NCBI GenBank assembly: GCA_963771465.1
Contig: CAVYTU010000017.1
Coordinates: forward strand, 832,001-896,000
Reading direction: 5' to 3'
Length of the DNA stretch: 64,000 nt
Origin: an uncultured delta proteobacterium
GTDB lineage: Bacteria > Desulfobacterota > Binatia > UBA9968
A program made the translations under genes and the position numbers. Positions 51,339 through 61,818 of the stretch are shown here, piece by piece. The notes beneath the pieces are model-generated. The model ran no database searches. It saw nothing but the letters and a program-made list of their open reading frames with translations, and was not told the DNA's origin. Numbering within the stretch: position 1 is the stretch's first letter; each line of letters starts with the position of its first letter.

Positions 51339-52355
51339 ATGAAGTTAAAGAAAAAAGTTTCGGTCAGTTGGGCGCTGTTCGTATTATTGTTTCTCCTTAG
51401 TAAGTTTGCCGAGGCGGCAACGGACGGCGCAGTCGTCGAAAAAGCCAAGGCTGAAGGTGAGGTTGTTCTCTACACTGCTTGGGGTCTGGACACCGTTCAG
51501 GCAATCCAGAAAGCGTTTGCCAAGAAATATCCCTTCATCAAATTCGAGGCGCGCCGCACCGGCAGCGAGCGGTTGTTAAACATCGCCATCACCGAGCACA
51601 AACAAAAAATCTTTCGCGCTGACTTGTTCAGCGGCAGCCACCTGGCGATGATCAATCATAAGAAAGTCGGCCATCTACAAAAATACGTCAACGCCGAACA
51701 GCGGGCGTTTCCCAAGGAATACAAAGATACGGAAAGTTTTTGGACGGCTTTCTACATGGATACGCGGGTGCTGGCTTACAACACGCGTATGGCCAGCCGT
51801 GATGAATTGCCCAAAACCTACGAAGAACTCTTGCTTGCCAAGTGGAAAGGCAAGATGGCCATGGACGACGCCGACTATATTCTTTACGGCACGTTGCTAG
51901 AGATGATGGGACGCGAGCGCGGGGTTTCATTCATGAAAAGGCTGGCCCAACAGGAGCTGATTATTCGCAGCGGCCATTCGTTACTGACGCAACTTATCAT
52001 CGCCGGCGAGTTTCCAATCTATCTAGACGGTTTCGGCAGTAATATCGAAAAGTTCAAGTCGCAAGGAGCGCCTATCGATTGGGTGCCGTTGGAACCAGTG
52101 ATCGTGTCGCTCAATCCAGTCGGGCTGGCGGTCAATGCGCCGCATCCCGCGTCGGCGCGTTTGCTGCTCGATTTTCTCCTGTCCAAAGAGGGACAAGAGG
52201 TCGGCCGGATGGTGGGCAAACTTCCCGCCCGTGCCGATGTCGAGGCGCCGTATCCGAGGCTTACTAAAGGGCTCAAGCTGTTTCCGGTTCCGCTGTCTGT
52301 CGCGGACCGATACGGCGAGATCGTCAAAGAGTTCCGCGACATTTTTCTGAAGTGA
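51339..52355 (+). CDS. ABC transporter substrate-binding protein, Fe3+/thiamine-like family
   Basis: AKAEGEVVLYT, FAKKYPFIK, APHPASARLLLDFLLS.EGQ. Confidence 0.9.
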   Translation: MKLKKKVSVSWALFVLLFLLSKFAEAATDGAVVEKAKAEGEVVLYTAWGLDTVQAIQKAFAKKYPFIKFEARRTGSERLLNIAITEHKQKIFRADLFSGSHLAMINHKKVGHLQKYVNAEQRAFPKEYKDTESFWTAFYMDTRVLAYNTRMASRDELPKTYEELLLAKWKGKMAMDDADYILYGTLLEMMGRERGVSFMKRLAQQELIIRSGHSLLTQLIIAGEFPIYLDGFGSNIEKFKSQGAPIDWVPLEPVIVSLNPVGLAVNAPHPASARLLLDFLLSKEGQEVGRMVGKLPARADVEAPYPRLTKGLKLFPVPLSVADRYGEIVKEFRDIFLK

Positions 52356-52369
52356 ATTCTTAGGGACAA

Positions 52370-53116
52370 ATGGAGACCGGACTCAAAGGTAAAGTCGTTC
52401 TGATCACAGGGGCGACCCGCAATCACGGCAAGGCGACCGCACTAGCGTTTGCGGCGGAAGGGGCAAATCTTTTGATCTGCACACGAAAGAGCATGGACCT
52501 GCTAAGGGAAACCGCTCGACTCGCTGCCGATCTAGGCGGCAAAGTCATCGCGAAACAATGCGACGTTACCGACGAAAATCAAGTTAGCGATTTGCTGCAA
52601 AGCGGACTTAGCGAGTTTGGCCGCATCGATGTGCTGATCAATAACGCCGGATGGAGAGTGCACGGCGACGTCATGAAATTGGACATGGAAGAATGGCAGG
52701 CGGCACTTGACGTCAATGTCCACGCGCTATTTCGCACGTGCAAGGCGGTTATTCCGGGCATGGCGGAGCGTCGCTGGGGAAGGATTATCAACTATACGGG
52801 AAACTCATTCATGCGCGGCATCTTGGGTCCGGGAACGTTGAAGATGGCGACTCTCGGATTCACTCGCGCTATCGCCCAGGAGTATGGCGAATTTAATATC
52901 ACGGCCAATTGCATCGCTCCCTGGGCGATAACAGTTGAAAGAAACGCGGGACATGTGGGTAGCGCAATACCTGCGGTCCGGGTGGAGGGCCAGGCAATTC
53001 CCAGAAGGGGCACCATCGAGGAATGCGCCTCTCTGGCGGTATTTTTGGCGAGCGACAAAGCGGGATACATCACCGGCCAGAATTACGCGGTGAATGGGGG
53101 AGCTTATTTTCTTTAG
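52370..53116 (+). CDS. SDR family oxidoreductase, atypical (no catalytic Tyr)
   Basis: TGATRNHG, INNAG, PGTLK in place of YxxxK, YITGQ..VNGG. Confidence 0.85.
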   Translation: METGLKGKVVLITGATRNHGKATALAFAAEGANLLICTRKSMDLLRETARLAADLGGKVIAKQCDVTDENQVSDLLQSGLSEFGRIDVLINNAGWRVHGDVMKLDMEEWQAALDVNVHALFRTCKAVIPGMAERRWGRIINYTGNSFMRGILGPGTLKMATLGFTRAIAQEYGEFNITANCIAPWAITVERNAGHVGSAIPAVRVEGQAIPRRGTIEECASLAVFLASDKAGYITGQNYAVNGGAYFL

Positions 53117-53178
53117 CCGTTTTCTTTCGCGACCGGCAAATTGCCCACACGATAGATAGAAATTGTTTTTTCACAACC

Positions 53179-53919
53179 ATGGAATCTGATCTTAAAGGGA
53201 AAAACGTTTTGGTGACGGAAGTTGGCAACCCGTTAGGGAGAAGCAGTGCCGTGGCATTTGCCCGTGAAGGCGCCAACTTAGTTCTTGGTTCTACGGATGA
53301 CTCCGATTCGCTCGGCGCGGCAGAGCAAGAAACCGCTGCGCTGGGAATCAAAGTGGTCGCCGGGATTTACAACGCCGGCAATGAAGATGGCGTCAAGCAG
53401 TTCGTGCAAAGGGGTCTCGATGAATTTAGTCATATCGATATTGTGATAAACAATATGGCGTGGAGCGCGGCGAATCAATCTTTTGCGGCCATGTCTTTCG
53501 AAGGATGGCAGCGCGCGATTCATCTAGGGCTAACCCGGTCCTTGTTCATGTGTCGCGCCGTGCTTCCTGGAATGATTGAGCGGCGCTGGGGACGGCTGAT
53601 TCAGTGCATAGGTCTTGAGGGTTTTGTCGGCGGCGATCCCGCGACCAGCGCAGTCTACGGCGGGCTTATCGGGCTTACGCGGGGCATGGCGACCCAATAC
53701 GGCAAATATCGAATCACCGCTAACTGCATCGGCTATGGCGGCGTCGACGGCTTGGACAATTTCCCGGGTGCTTACCCAGTGTCAAGACTCAATGACCCTC
53801 TGTTGCGCTGCGGCACGGGGCAAGAAACCAGCTCGGCGGCAATTTACTTGGCGAGCGAAGATGCCGGCTACATTACCGGTCAGTGCTATCTGGTGAACGG
53901 CGGCAGGTGTTTTCTTTAA
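53179..53919 (+). CDS. SDR family protein, degenerate
   Basis: TEVGNPLG in place of TGxxxGxG, no YxxxK, otherwise similar to the upstream SDR. Confidence 0.8.
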   Translation: MESDLKGKNVLVTEVGNPLGRSSAVAFAREGANLVLGSTDDSDSLGAAEQETAALGIKVVAGIYNAGNEDGVKQFVQRGLDEFSHIDIVINNMAWSAANQSFAAMSFEGWQRAIHLGLTRSLFMCRAVLPGMIERRWGRLIQCIGLEGFVGGDPATSAVYGGLIGLTRGMATQYGKYRITANCIGYGGVDGLDNFPGAYPVSRLNDPLLRCGTGQETSSAAIYLASEDAGYITGQCYLVNGGRCFL

Positions 53920-53960
53920 CAACCGAATCAAAATATTTCTAAAGCGCGGGTATCGAACCG

Positions 53961-55329
53961 ATTACTACTACAACCGACAAATCAATTATTGGGCAACTGT
54001 CGGAGTACATCGCTGGGGCGCGGCGCGGCGAGTTACCAAGCGATGTTTCGACCCGAGCGCGGCATCACATCCTCGATGCCATTGCGGCGATGGTTTCCGG
54101 CTCAATGCTGCCACCTGGGCGCCTCGCCATTCGATACATCCAGGCACAGGGAGGCACTCAAGAAGCGCGTGTCATCGGTAGCTCTTTGCTGTCGACAGCC
54201 GTCAACGCCGCGCTTGCCAACGGAGTAATGGCTCATTCCGATGAGACCGACGACTCACACGCGCCATCGTCGACCCATCCGGGTTGCGCGATTGTGCCCG
54301 GCAGCGCTGGCGATGGCTGAGCGAGAGGGCGCTGATGGCAGAGCTTTGCTCCGTGCTGTCGTGGCAGGTTACGACGTTGGCTGTCGCGTGACTCAGGCTT
54401 TGGGGCCGAGCTTTCTCTCCGGCAAAGGACTCAGCAGCCACAGTATCGGCGGCAGCTTTGGCGCCGCCGCCGCGGCGGCCAGCTTGGCCAATCTGAATCC
54501 ACTCGAGGTTAGTCACGCACTGTCCTACGCGGCGCAACAAGCGTCCGGAGTCAAAGCCTGGGTGCAGAGCGAAGATCACATCGAGAAAGCTTTCGATTTT
54601 GCCGGCATGCCGGCGCGCAACGGCGTGACCGCCGTGACGCTGGTGCAGGCCGGGTTCACCGGCGTGGCCGACGTCTTCCAGGGCGAACAAAATTTTCTCA
54701 AGGCCTACTCCGATGATCCGAAAGCGGAAGAGCTGATTCGCGGCTTGGGTACTGAATTCGAAATCATGCGCGCGAACATCAAGAAATTTTGCGTCGGCTC
54801 GGCCATACAGGCGGTGCTCGATGCGCTGCTGCAAATCATCGGCGAGCATCGGATCACCGCGGATGACGTCGATTATCTCGTCGCGCGAGTTCCCGAAAAT
54901 GGCGGGCGCATCGTCAACGATCGCAACATGCCCAATGTCAATCTGCAGTATATTTTATCCGTGGCTCTGCTCGACGGCGGTCTCACTTTCGCAGCCGCCC
55001 ATTCCTACGAGAGGATGAAAGACCCGCGCGTTCTAGCCGTGAAGTCGCGCATCAAACTTGAACTCGACCCGGAGTTGACACACGCGCGGCCACGCCGCCA
55101 GGGAATTGTCGAAGTCCATACCAAAGATCATAGAACGCTACGCGTGCACGTAAAAAGCGTGCGCGGAACGGCGGACAATCCAATGAATGATCAAGAAGTG
55201 GAAGACAAGGCGCGAGATCTTATAGAGCCGGTCTTGGGCAGCGCGAAATGCGAAAAGATATTTGCCCTAGTGAAGAATCTGGAGCTGGTCGCGGATGTGC
55301 GAGAACTCAGTGCGGCGCTGGCAAACTGA
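53961..55329 (+). CDS. MmgE/PrpD family protein, 1-nt insertion near 54298; start uncertain
   Basis: NGVMAHSDETDDSH..THPG continues into PAALAMAE...EKAFDFAGMPARNG...RGTADNPM. Confidence 0.85.
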
Positions 55330-55371
55330 ACGGAAATCAAAGGATTTTATTTAATGCAAAAAGGGACACCA

Positions 55372-56517
55372 ATGAAAAACCTACGATCCCGTATGAAGGC
55401 CGTCGGGTTGGCAATGTTGATCGGAACGCTTTGCGCGCCGGAATTCGCCTTGAGCGCGGATGCGCCCGGACGGGCGGCGATGAATACCATCATCGAGGGC
55501 GCGAAAAAAGAAGGCAAGGTTTCCTGGGGAAGTTATCTGGATGACGCCGAAGTGGGAGAGTTGAACAAAGCGTTTCAAAAGGAATTCCCTTTCGTCAAAG
55601 TCGAATACACTCGACTCAGACCGCCTTACGAGCGTTTGTTGCTCGAGATGCAAGCGGGAACTTTTCCCTACGATACGTTTGCTATTCGTCCCAATCTTAT
55701 CGGCCAGCATCGCCAGCTCGGTTACTTGATCGATCCCATCGATTGGAAGGGCATTTTCAGCGTCGATCCGAGAATGGTCCATCCCGAAGGCATCGCGGTA
55801 TCGGTGATCACCAATCCGGCGGTTATCGCATACAACAAGAATCTGGTTCCCAAGCAGCACGTTCCCAAGAGTTGGGCTGACTGTTACAACCCTTTTTTCA
55901 AGGGCAAGTTGGCAGTGCTGGTGGGGACGAGCCAGGTAATCACTCTGTGGAGCGCCTTCGGCGAGAAATGGGGTCTCGATTTCACTAAGAGACTTTTGAA
56001 CAACAATCCGCGCTGGGTCAGCGGCAATACCAATGCGCAGAACCTCGTCGCCACTGGCGAGATGCTCATGGTTTGTCCCACCGGACATGGCACATGGTAT
56101 CGCTATGTTAAAGACCAACCCGGTGCGCCGCTTGCCGCGGTCTTTCCCGAAGGTCCGATTGCAACGGATCGCGACATGCTCCTCACACCGATCAAGGGCG
56201 CTGCTCATCCCAACGCAGCGTTGCTGTTGACGGGCTGGATTGGCGCCAAAGGGGTGACGTATATGCGCACCGGTCGGGAAAGTCTGTTTCATCCGAATTC
56301 GGAGCTGGGCGCGCAGGTGAAACGGATGGGCAGGGAAATCAAGGTACAACCCTGGGAGGTTTTGCTCGAGGAAGAGAAGTACGAGCGGCGAATTCTAGAG
56401 ATCTGGGGATTCCCCAAAGCCAAGAACTTGAGAAAGTCCCTCGATCAAGATCACCTTCACGCACTTAGGAGTCAACTTCTAGATCAATGCCAGAACAAGC
56501 GCATCATACCGGATTGA
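55372..56517 (+). CDS. ABC transporter substrate-binding protein, Fe3+/thiamine-like family (true stop probably ~56431)
   Basis: GAKKEGKVSWG...HPNAALLL...EIWGFPKAKN; the paralog at 59528 ends FPKPKN-stop. Confidence 0.85.
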   Translation: MKNLRSRMKAVGLAMLIGTLCAPEFALSADAPGRAAMNTIIEGAKKEGKVSWGSYLDDAEVGELNKAFQKEFPFVKVEYTRLRPPYERLLLEMQAGTFPYDTFAIRPNLIGQHRQLGYLIDPIDWKGIFSVDPRMVHPEGIAVSVITNPAVIAYNKNLVPKQHVPKSWADCYNPFFKGKLAVLVGTSQVITLWSAFGEKWGLDFTKRLLNNNPRWVSGNTNAQNLVATGEMLMVCPTGHGTWYRYVKDQPGAPLAAVFPEGPIATDRDMLLTPIKGAAHPNAALLLTGWIGAKGVTYMRTGRESLFHPNSELGAQVKRMGREIKVQPWEVLLEEEKYERRILEIWGFPKAKNLRKSLDQDHLHALRSQLLDQCQNKRIIPD

Positions 56518-58270
56518 CTATTCCAGCGCCGGCACGGACTGGACGGTCCTTTTTCTAAGTTTAAGCTGAACCGAGCTGCTCCTGCCTTTGGTCATCATCA
56601 TCGTGTTATGGTTGTTGGTCATACCGGTGGTCATGCTGATCGCGAGCAGCTTGCGCACCGGGCCGCCGAGTCTTCCCGGTCCCTGGACCCTAAGAAATTT
56701 CGCGGTTGCGTTTAGTAGTGAGTTTTTCTTTCGCAGCCTTCTCAACACTTTTATCGTCTCCAGCGGCGCGACCGCGGCGGCGGTGGGCCTCGCCATAGTA
56801 TTCGCCTGGCTGATTGAGCGTACGGACATGCCCTTTCGCGGCGCAGCCTGGGTCGCCGTGTTGCTACCGCTGGTGATTCCGGGAGTTCTTTTCGCGTTGG
56901 CTTGGATGTTATTGCTATTGCCCAAAACCGGCTTGATTAACGTTGTCGCCCGCGCTGCGCTATCCACGTTTGGCTGGCACCTTGAGGAGGGACCGCTGAA
57001 CATCCAGTCTTTGGGAGGTCTTATCTATTTGGGAGCGCTGCGCGGCGTGAGCACGGCTTTTCTCATGATCGTGGGGCTCTTTCGACTGATGGATCCTGGA
57101 CTGGAAGAATCGGCGCGAATTTCGGGCGCACGACCTTTCGTCGTTTTCATCAAAATAACTCTGCCTCTGCTTGCGCCGGCACTTTTCGCCGCCGCCACAT
57201 ATTCCTTCGTATCGCATCTCGATTCTTTCGAGGCGCCGCTCGCCGTGGGCTTACCGGCGGGGATTTTCGTTCTCGCGACGTTAATTTATTTCCAAGCGAT
57301 GCTGTCGGTTCCGGGTGACTACGGCTTGAGCGCGGCCTATGCGGTCCTGTTTATGGCGCTCATGTCCCTCATGGCAGTTTTTTACGCGCGTTTGATCAGA
57401 CGTTCTGAGCGTTATGCCGTGATTCGCGGCAGGGGGTTTAATCCCAGCAGGCATCGTCTGGGAAAGTGGCGCTTTGTCGCCGTGGGATTATTTGGCGCTT
57501 ATTTCTTATTGACTGTCGCCGCTCCGATTCTCGTGTTGGCTTGGGCTTCGCTTCTGCCTTACTATATGACGCCGTCGGCGCAGGCTTTGAGCACCGTTTC
57601 GTTCAAACACTATATCGCCATTCTCGGCGATCCGCGGTTCACGACCGATCTACTCAATACGGTTTCCCTGGCCCTCGGCGCGGGCACGGTGACCATGGCT
57701 GTCGCACTGCTTATTTCCTGGGTCGTGGTGCGCGGGAAAAGCCGCGCTCGGTTTATTCTCGATGGTCTCACATTCATTTCATTCGCCGTTCCCGGTGTCG
57801 TCCTGGCGCTGGCGCTGATTTTTGTTTATTTGAAGCCGCCATTCCGTTATCTCGGCATTTACGGTTCGATGTGGATGATCATCCTCGGTCTGATGACAGA
57901 GTATCTCGCTTTCGCAACGCGCACGACGAATGGCGGGCTTATGCAGATTCACAGCGAGTTGGAAGAGGCCGGCGCAGCCAGCGGCGCCCGCCAGTTTACA
58001 ACCCTGCGGAAAATTACCATCCCGTTATTGATTCCCTCTCTGGTAGCGGGATGGGTTTGGGTCGTCGCGCATTCGCTCAGAGCATTCTCGCTTCCGCTGG
58101 TATTAGGGACGAAGAAGAACGAAGTGCTTTCGGTATGGATTTGGATTCACTGGCAGAACGGACATATTCCCATGGCCGCCGCGTTGGGCGTTATCTTGAT
58201 TGGCATAACAGCTTTATTGGCTATTGTTGCGCGACAGGTCATCGCGCGCGGCTCACTGGGATCGAGGTAG
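56487..58270 (+). CDS. ABC transporter permease, FbpB-like (5' end frameshifted; open from 56588)
   Basis: AWLIERTDMPFR, two EAA loops. Confidence 0.88.
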
Positions 58271-58327
58271 CGCTGTTTATTCGGTTGTCGAGTTTGAATC
58301 TCTTTTGATTTTAGAAGGAGAGGTCAC

Positions 58328-59491
58328 ATGGCCAAAAGTTTCAAAGTGATTTCGGCTGATTCGCATTTGGAAGTCTCGACCGATCGATGGATGCATCGGG
58401 TGCCGCAAAAATATCAAGATCGCGCGCCGCGCCGGTTGCGCTTGCCGGGTGGCGGCGATGCTCATGTCGTCGAGGGACGCGCCATCATGATCGAACCCGT
58501 TCGTGTGACGGGTGAGTGGCGCGTCTATCCATTCGGCGGTCGTTTTGGCGAAAACCCCGGCTCCGGCTCAGCCGAGCAGCGATTGCAAGAACAAGATATC
58601 GACGGCGTCGAAGCGGAGGTGCTTTATCCGGGCAGCCAGGGCCCGAACTTCTGGCGCGGCATAAAAGATGACGGAGCTTACAGAGCGGTCGTGCGAGCTT
58701 ACAACGATTGGCTCGGCGAGGAGTACTGCTCGGTGGCGCCTGAACGCTTGATCGGCCTCGGTCTGATTCCCGAGACCGGCGTTAAAGACGCCATCGCCGA
58801 GATGGAAAACTGCCTACGCATGGGACTCAAAGGGGTTGCGCTCAACGCTTTTCCCGCCGGGCGCATGTATCCCAGCGCCGATGACGATGAATTCTGGCGC
58901 GCGGCGGTCGACATGAATGTGCCGATCAGCGTCCACGTGATGTTCCAATTCGGCGGCGGCGAGGGTTACAGCGGGCCGTGGTTTCAATACGAGCGCAAGT
59001 TCGAGCAAGAAGTCTACAGCGCCGGACGCGACATCGTCGGACGCTACGCGAACTATTACACTCAGCGAGGCGCGCGCGACGCCATCCGTCTGGTTGTCGC
59101 CGGGGTATTTGATCGGTTCCCGCGCCTGAAGATCTATTTCGCGGAAAACCAAATCGGTTGGATTCCCCACTGGCTCGAACAGGCCGACAGCATCTACGAA
59201 CGGAACCACAAATGGGCGGTGCAATTGCTCGGGCTAAAACCGCTCGCGCGTCTTCCTAGTGAATATGTTCGCGAACATTGCTACTGGGGCTTTCAGAATA
59301 ACCCCGTCGGTGTCCAGATGCGTCACTTGATCGGCGTCGATCACGTCATGTGGTCTTCGGACTTTCCGCACACGGAAACCGACTGGCCGAATTCGCGGCG
59401 CACCATCGAACATAGCTTCAAGGATGTGCCGGAGCGTGAGCGCCATCAGATGCTGGCAAAAAATGCCGTGGAGTTTTTTCATCTCGGTTAG
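58328..59491 (+). CDS. Amidohydrolase_2 family protein
   Basis: ISADSH, QDIDGVEAEVLYP, GVFDRFPRL, WSSDFPH. Confidence 0.9.
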   Translation: MAKSFKVISADSHLEVSTDRWMHRVPQKYQDRAPRRLRLPGGGDAHVVEGRAIMIEPVRVTGEWRVYPFGGRFGENPGSGSAEQRLQEQDIDGVEAEVLYPGSQGPNFWRGIKDDGAYRAVVRAYNDWLGEEYCSVAPERLIGLGLIPETGVKDAIAEMENCLRMGLKGVALNAFPAGRMYPSADDDEFWRAAVDMNVPISVHVMFQFGGGEGYSGPWFQYERKFEQEVYSAGRDIVGRYANYYTQRGARDAIRLVVAGVFDRFPRLKIYFAENQIGWIPHWLEQADSIYERNHKWAVQLLGLKPLARLPSEYVREHCYWGFQNNPVGVQMRHLIGVDHVMWSSDFPHTETDWPNSRRTIEHSFKDVPERERHQMLAKNAVEFFHLG

Positions 59492-59527
59492 GCGTGAGGA
59501 GCGGTCATCGCAAGTGAGGAGGCTGAC

Positions 59528-60590
59528 ATGAGTTTACGCAACCGATTAGTATTAGTCATCACGCTCGGATGGCTGCTGTCGCAGCCGTGCTTCCACAGCG
59601 CTCTCACGCTCTGCCGCTGAGCTCGGTCAACCCGTTACCATGACCTCGATCGTTGCGGGCGCGAAAAAGGAAGGCAAGGTTTCCTGGGGCACCTATCTTG
59701 ATGAAAAAGAAGTTGGCGAGATCAACCAGGCGTTTCAGAAAGAATTTCCCTTCATCAAGGTCGACTACACCCGTCTCAGGCCGCCACACGAACGCTTGAT
59801 GTTGGAAATGCAGGCGGGCAATTTTCCGTATGACGCCATGATGGTGCGGCCCAACCTGATCGCCCAACACAAACAACTGGGCCACTTATTTAGCGCCATC
59901 GATTGGCGCGGGCTGTTCGCCATTGATCCACGAATGATTCATCCCGATGGTTTCGGCGTGGGGCTGATCACCAATCCCATTGTAATCGTATACAACAAGA
60001 ACCTGGTTCCCAAAGAGCGTGTCCCCAAAACTTGGGCCGACTGTCATGATCCCTACTTCAAGGGCAAGCTTGTCACTTTGGTGGACGCCAGCCACACCGT
60101 GGCGCTTTGGGGTGCCTTCGGCGAGAAATGGGCCACCGACTTCGCCAAGAAACTCCTGACCAACAACCCGCGCTGGGTCAGCGGCAACACCAACTCGCAG
60201 ACACTCGTCGCCACCGGCGAGATGTTGCTCGTCTGCCCCGCGGGACACGGTTCGTTCTACCGTTATGTCAAAGATCAGCCGGGTGTGCCGTTGGGAGCGG
60301 TGTTTCCTGAGGGACCGATGGTGGTAAACCGCGATGTCGTCGTTGCACCGATTAAGGGTGCCGCCAATCCCAACGCCGCCTTGCTGTTGACCGGTTGGAT
60401 CGCGAGCAAAGGTGTGACGTTGATGCACACCGGTCGTGAGAGCGTTTTTCACTCCGGTTCGGAGCTGGGCGGCCTGGCAAAGCGCATGAAGCGCGACATC
60501 AAGGTCGAGTCTTGGGAGATGCTCGCCGAGGAAGAAAAATACGAAAGACCATTGATGGAAATCTGGGGCTTTCCCAAGCCAAAGAATTAA
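59528..60590 (+). CDS. ABC transporter substrate-binding protein, close paralog of 55372 (frameshift in the signal-peptide region)
   Basis: GAGGAGG RBS with ATG at 59528; mature frame open from about 59610. Confidence 0.85.
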
Positions 60591-60606
60591 TCTTAGAGGA
60601 GCGTTC

Positions 60607-61659
60607 ATGAGCGAGGAAACGGTTGAATTGGTTCTAGTTGGCGACGTTTACGTGCAACGTCCGGACCCGGACTCGACGTTTACCCATGCCGGAAAGTATT
60701 TGAGAGCGGCGGACATCGCCTTCGGCAATCTGGAGACTGTGGTTGCCGATCGGGAGCATCTCGACGGGGACGGTCACGGCCCGCGTACCGATGAGTGGAT
60801 GATCGGCGCCTACGTGAACGCAGGGTTCAAAGTGATGAATCTGGCCAACAACCCGAGCATGTATCGGGGCGTGAAAGGCTTACTCTGCACCATGGACGTG
60901 CTCGATAAAGCCGGCATCGCCTACGGCGGCGGCGGAAAAAATCTCCCAGAAGCGCGGCGTCCCGCGGTGATCGAGCGAAAAGGCGTCAAGGTTGCCTTCG
61001 TTTGTCGCACTTCGGTTTGCACCATTGACGCCGCGGCAACCGCGCAGCGCGCCGGGCTTGCCGTCGTGCGGGTTGCCACCGCCTACGAAGCGCCATCACT
61101 TCTGCCAAAGGAAGTGCCGGGGGCGGCGCCAATCGTTCATACGATTCCCAATGCTGCAGATGTGGAGGCATTACGCGAGGATATTGCGTCGGCCCGAAAG
61201 CAAGCCAATGTGGTGGTTGTGTCGTGGCACTGGGGAATCTCTCCGTTCAGCGGCGGAAAAGGCGAGCTCGTGGGATACCAAACTGAAATGGCCCATCTTG
61301 CAATAGATGCAGGGGCGGATCTCGTCGTCGGCCATCACCCTCATCTCGTCCAGCCCATCGAAGTTTATAAAGGAAAAGTGATTTTTTATTCTCTCGCAAA
61401 CTTCGTTCACGACGGGCCGTCTTTCTGGACCAAGAAGAAACAAGACACCATCCTGGTGCGCTGCCGCATACAAAGCGGAAAAATAAATGAAGTTTGTTTC
61501 ATGCCCGGCCGCATCAACGAGCAGAATCAGCCGGTGCTGCTGACACCGGCAGAAGCCCCGGAATTACTGAGCCATATTCGAGAAGTTTCGGCGCCGTTCG
61601 GAACCGGCTTCCAGGTTAGAGAAGGAGAAGTGGCCGTCGTAACCGAGACGGTGAATTGA
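60607..61659 (+). CDS. CapA/PGA_cap family protein
   Basis: VGD, GNLE, LANNP (His to Pro), SWHWG, GHHPH, YSLANF; no signal peptide. Confidence 0.88.
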   Translation: MSEETVELVLVGDVYVQRPDPDSTFTHAGKYLRAADIAFGNLETVVADREHLDGDGHGPRTDEWMIGAYVNAGFKVMNLANNPSMYRGVKGLLCTMDVLDKAGIAYGGGGKNLPEARRPAVIERKGVKVAFVCRTSVCTIDAAATAQRAGLAVVRVATAYEAPSLLPKEVPGAAPIVHTIPNAADVEALREDIASARKQANVVVVSWHWGISPFSGGKGELVGYQTEMAHLAIDAGADLVVGHHPHLVQPIEVYKGKVIFYSLANFVHDGPSFWTKKKQDTILVRCRIQSGKINEVCFMPGRINEQNQPVLLTPAEAPELLSHIREVSAPFGTGFQVREGEVAVVTETVN

Positions 61660-61818
61660 TGAAGGGCAAAAATTATTTCCGAGCGCGCCGGCTGCACAGA
61701 TGCGGCTTGGCCCAGCCTTGACGGCGCGAGCGGTGCTGTATAGTTTCAAAAAAGAGAAATTTTAATCGAAGTTAAGTCGCGAGGAATGTTATCTAGCTAA
61801 GGAAAGTGAGGAATTTGC

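Noticed and set aside
49953-61659. Poly-gamma-glutamate capsule locus
   Set aside because: No capB/capC in the window, and the CapA-like proteins lack export signals.
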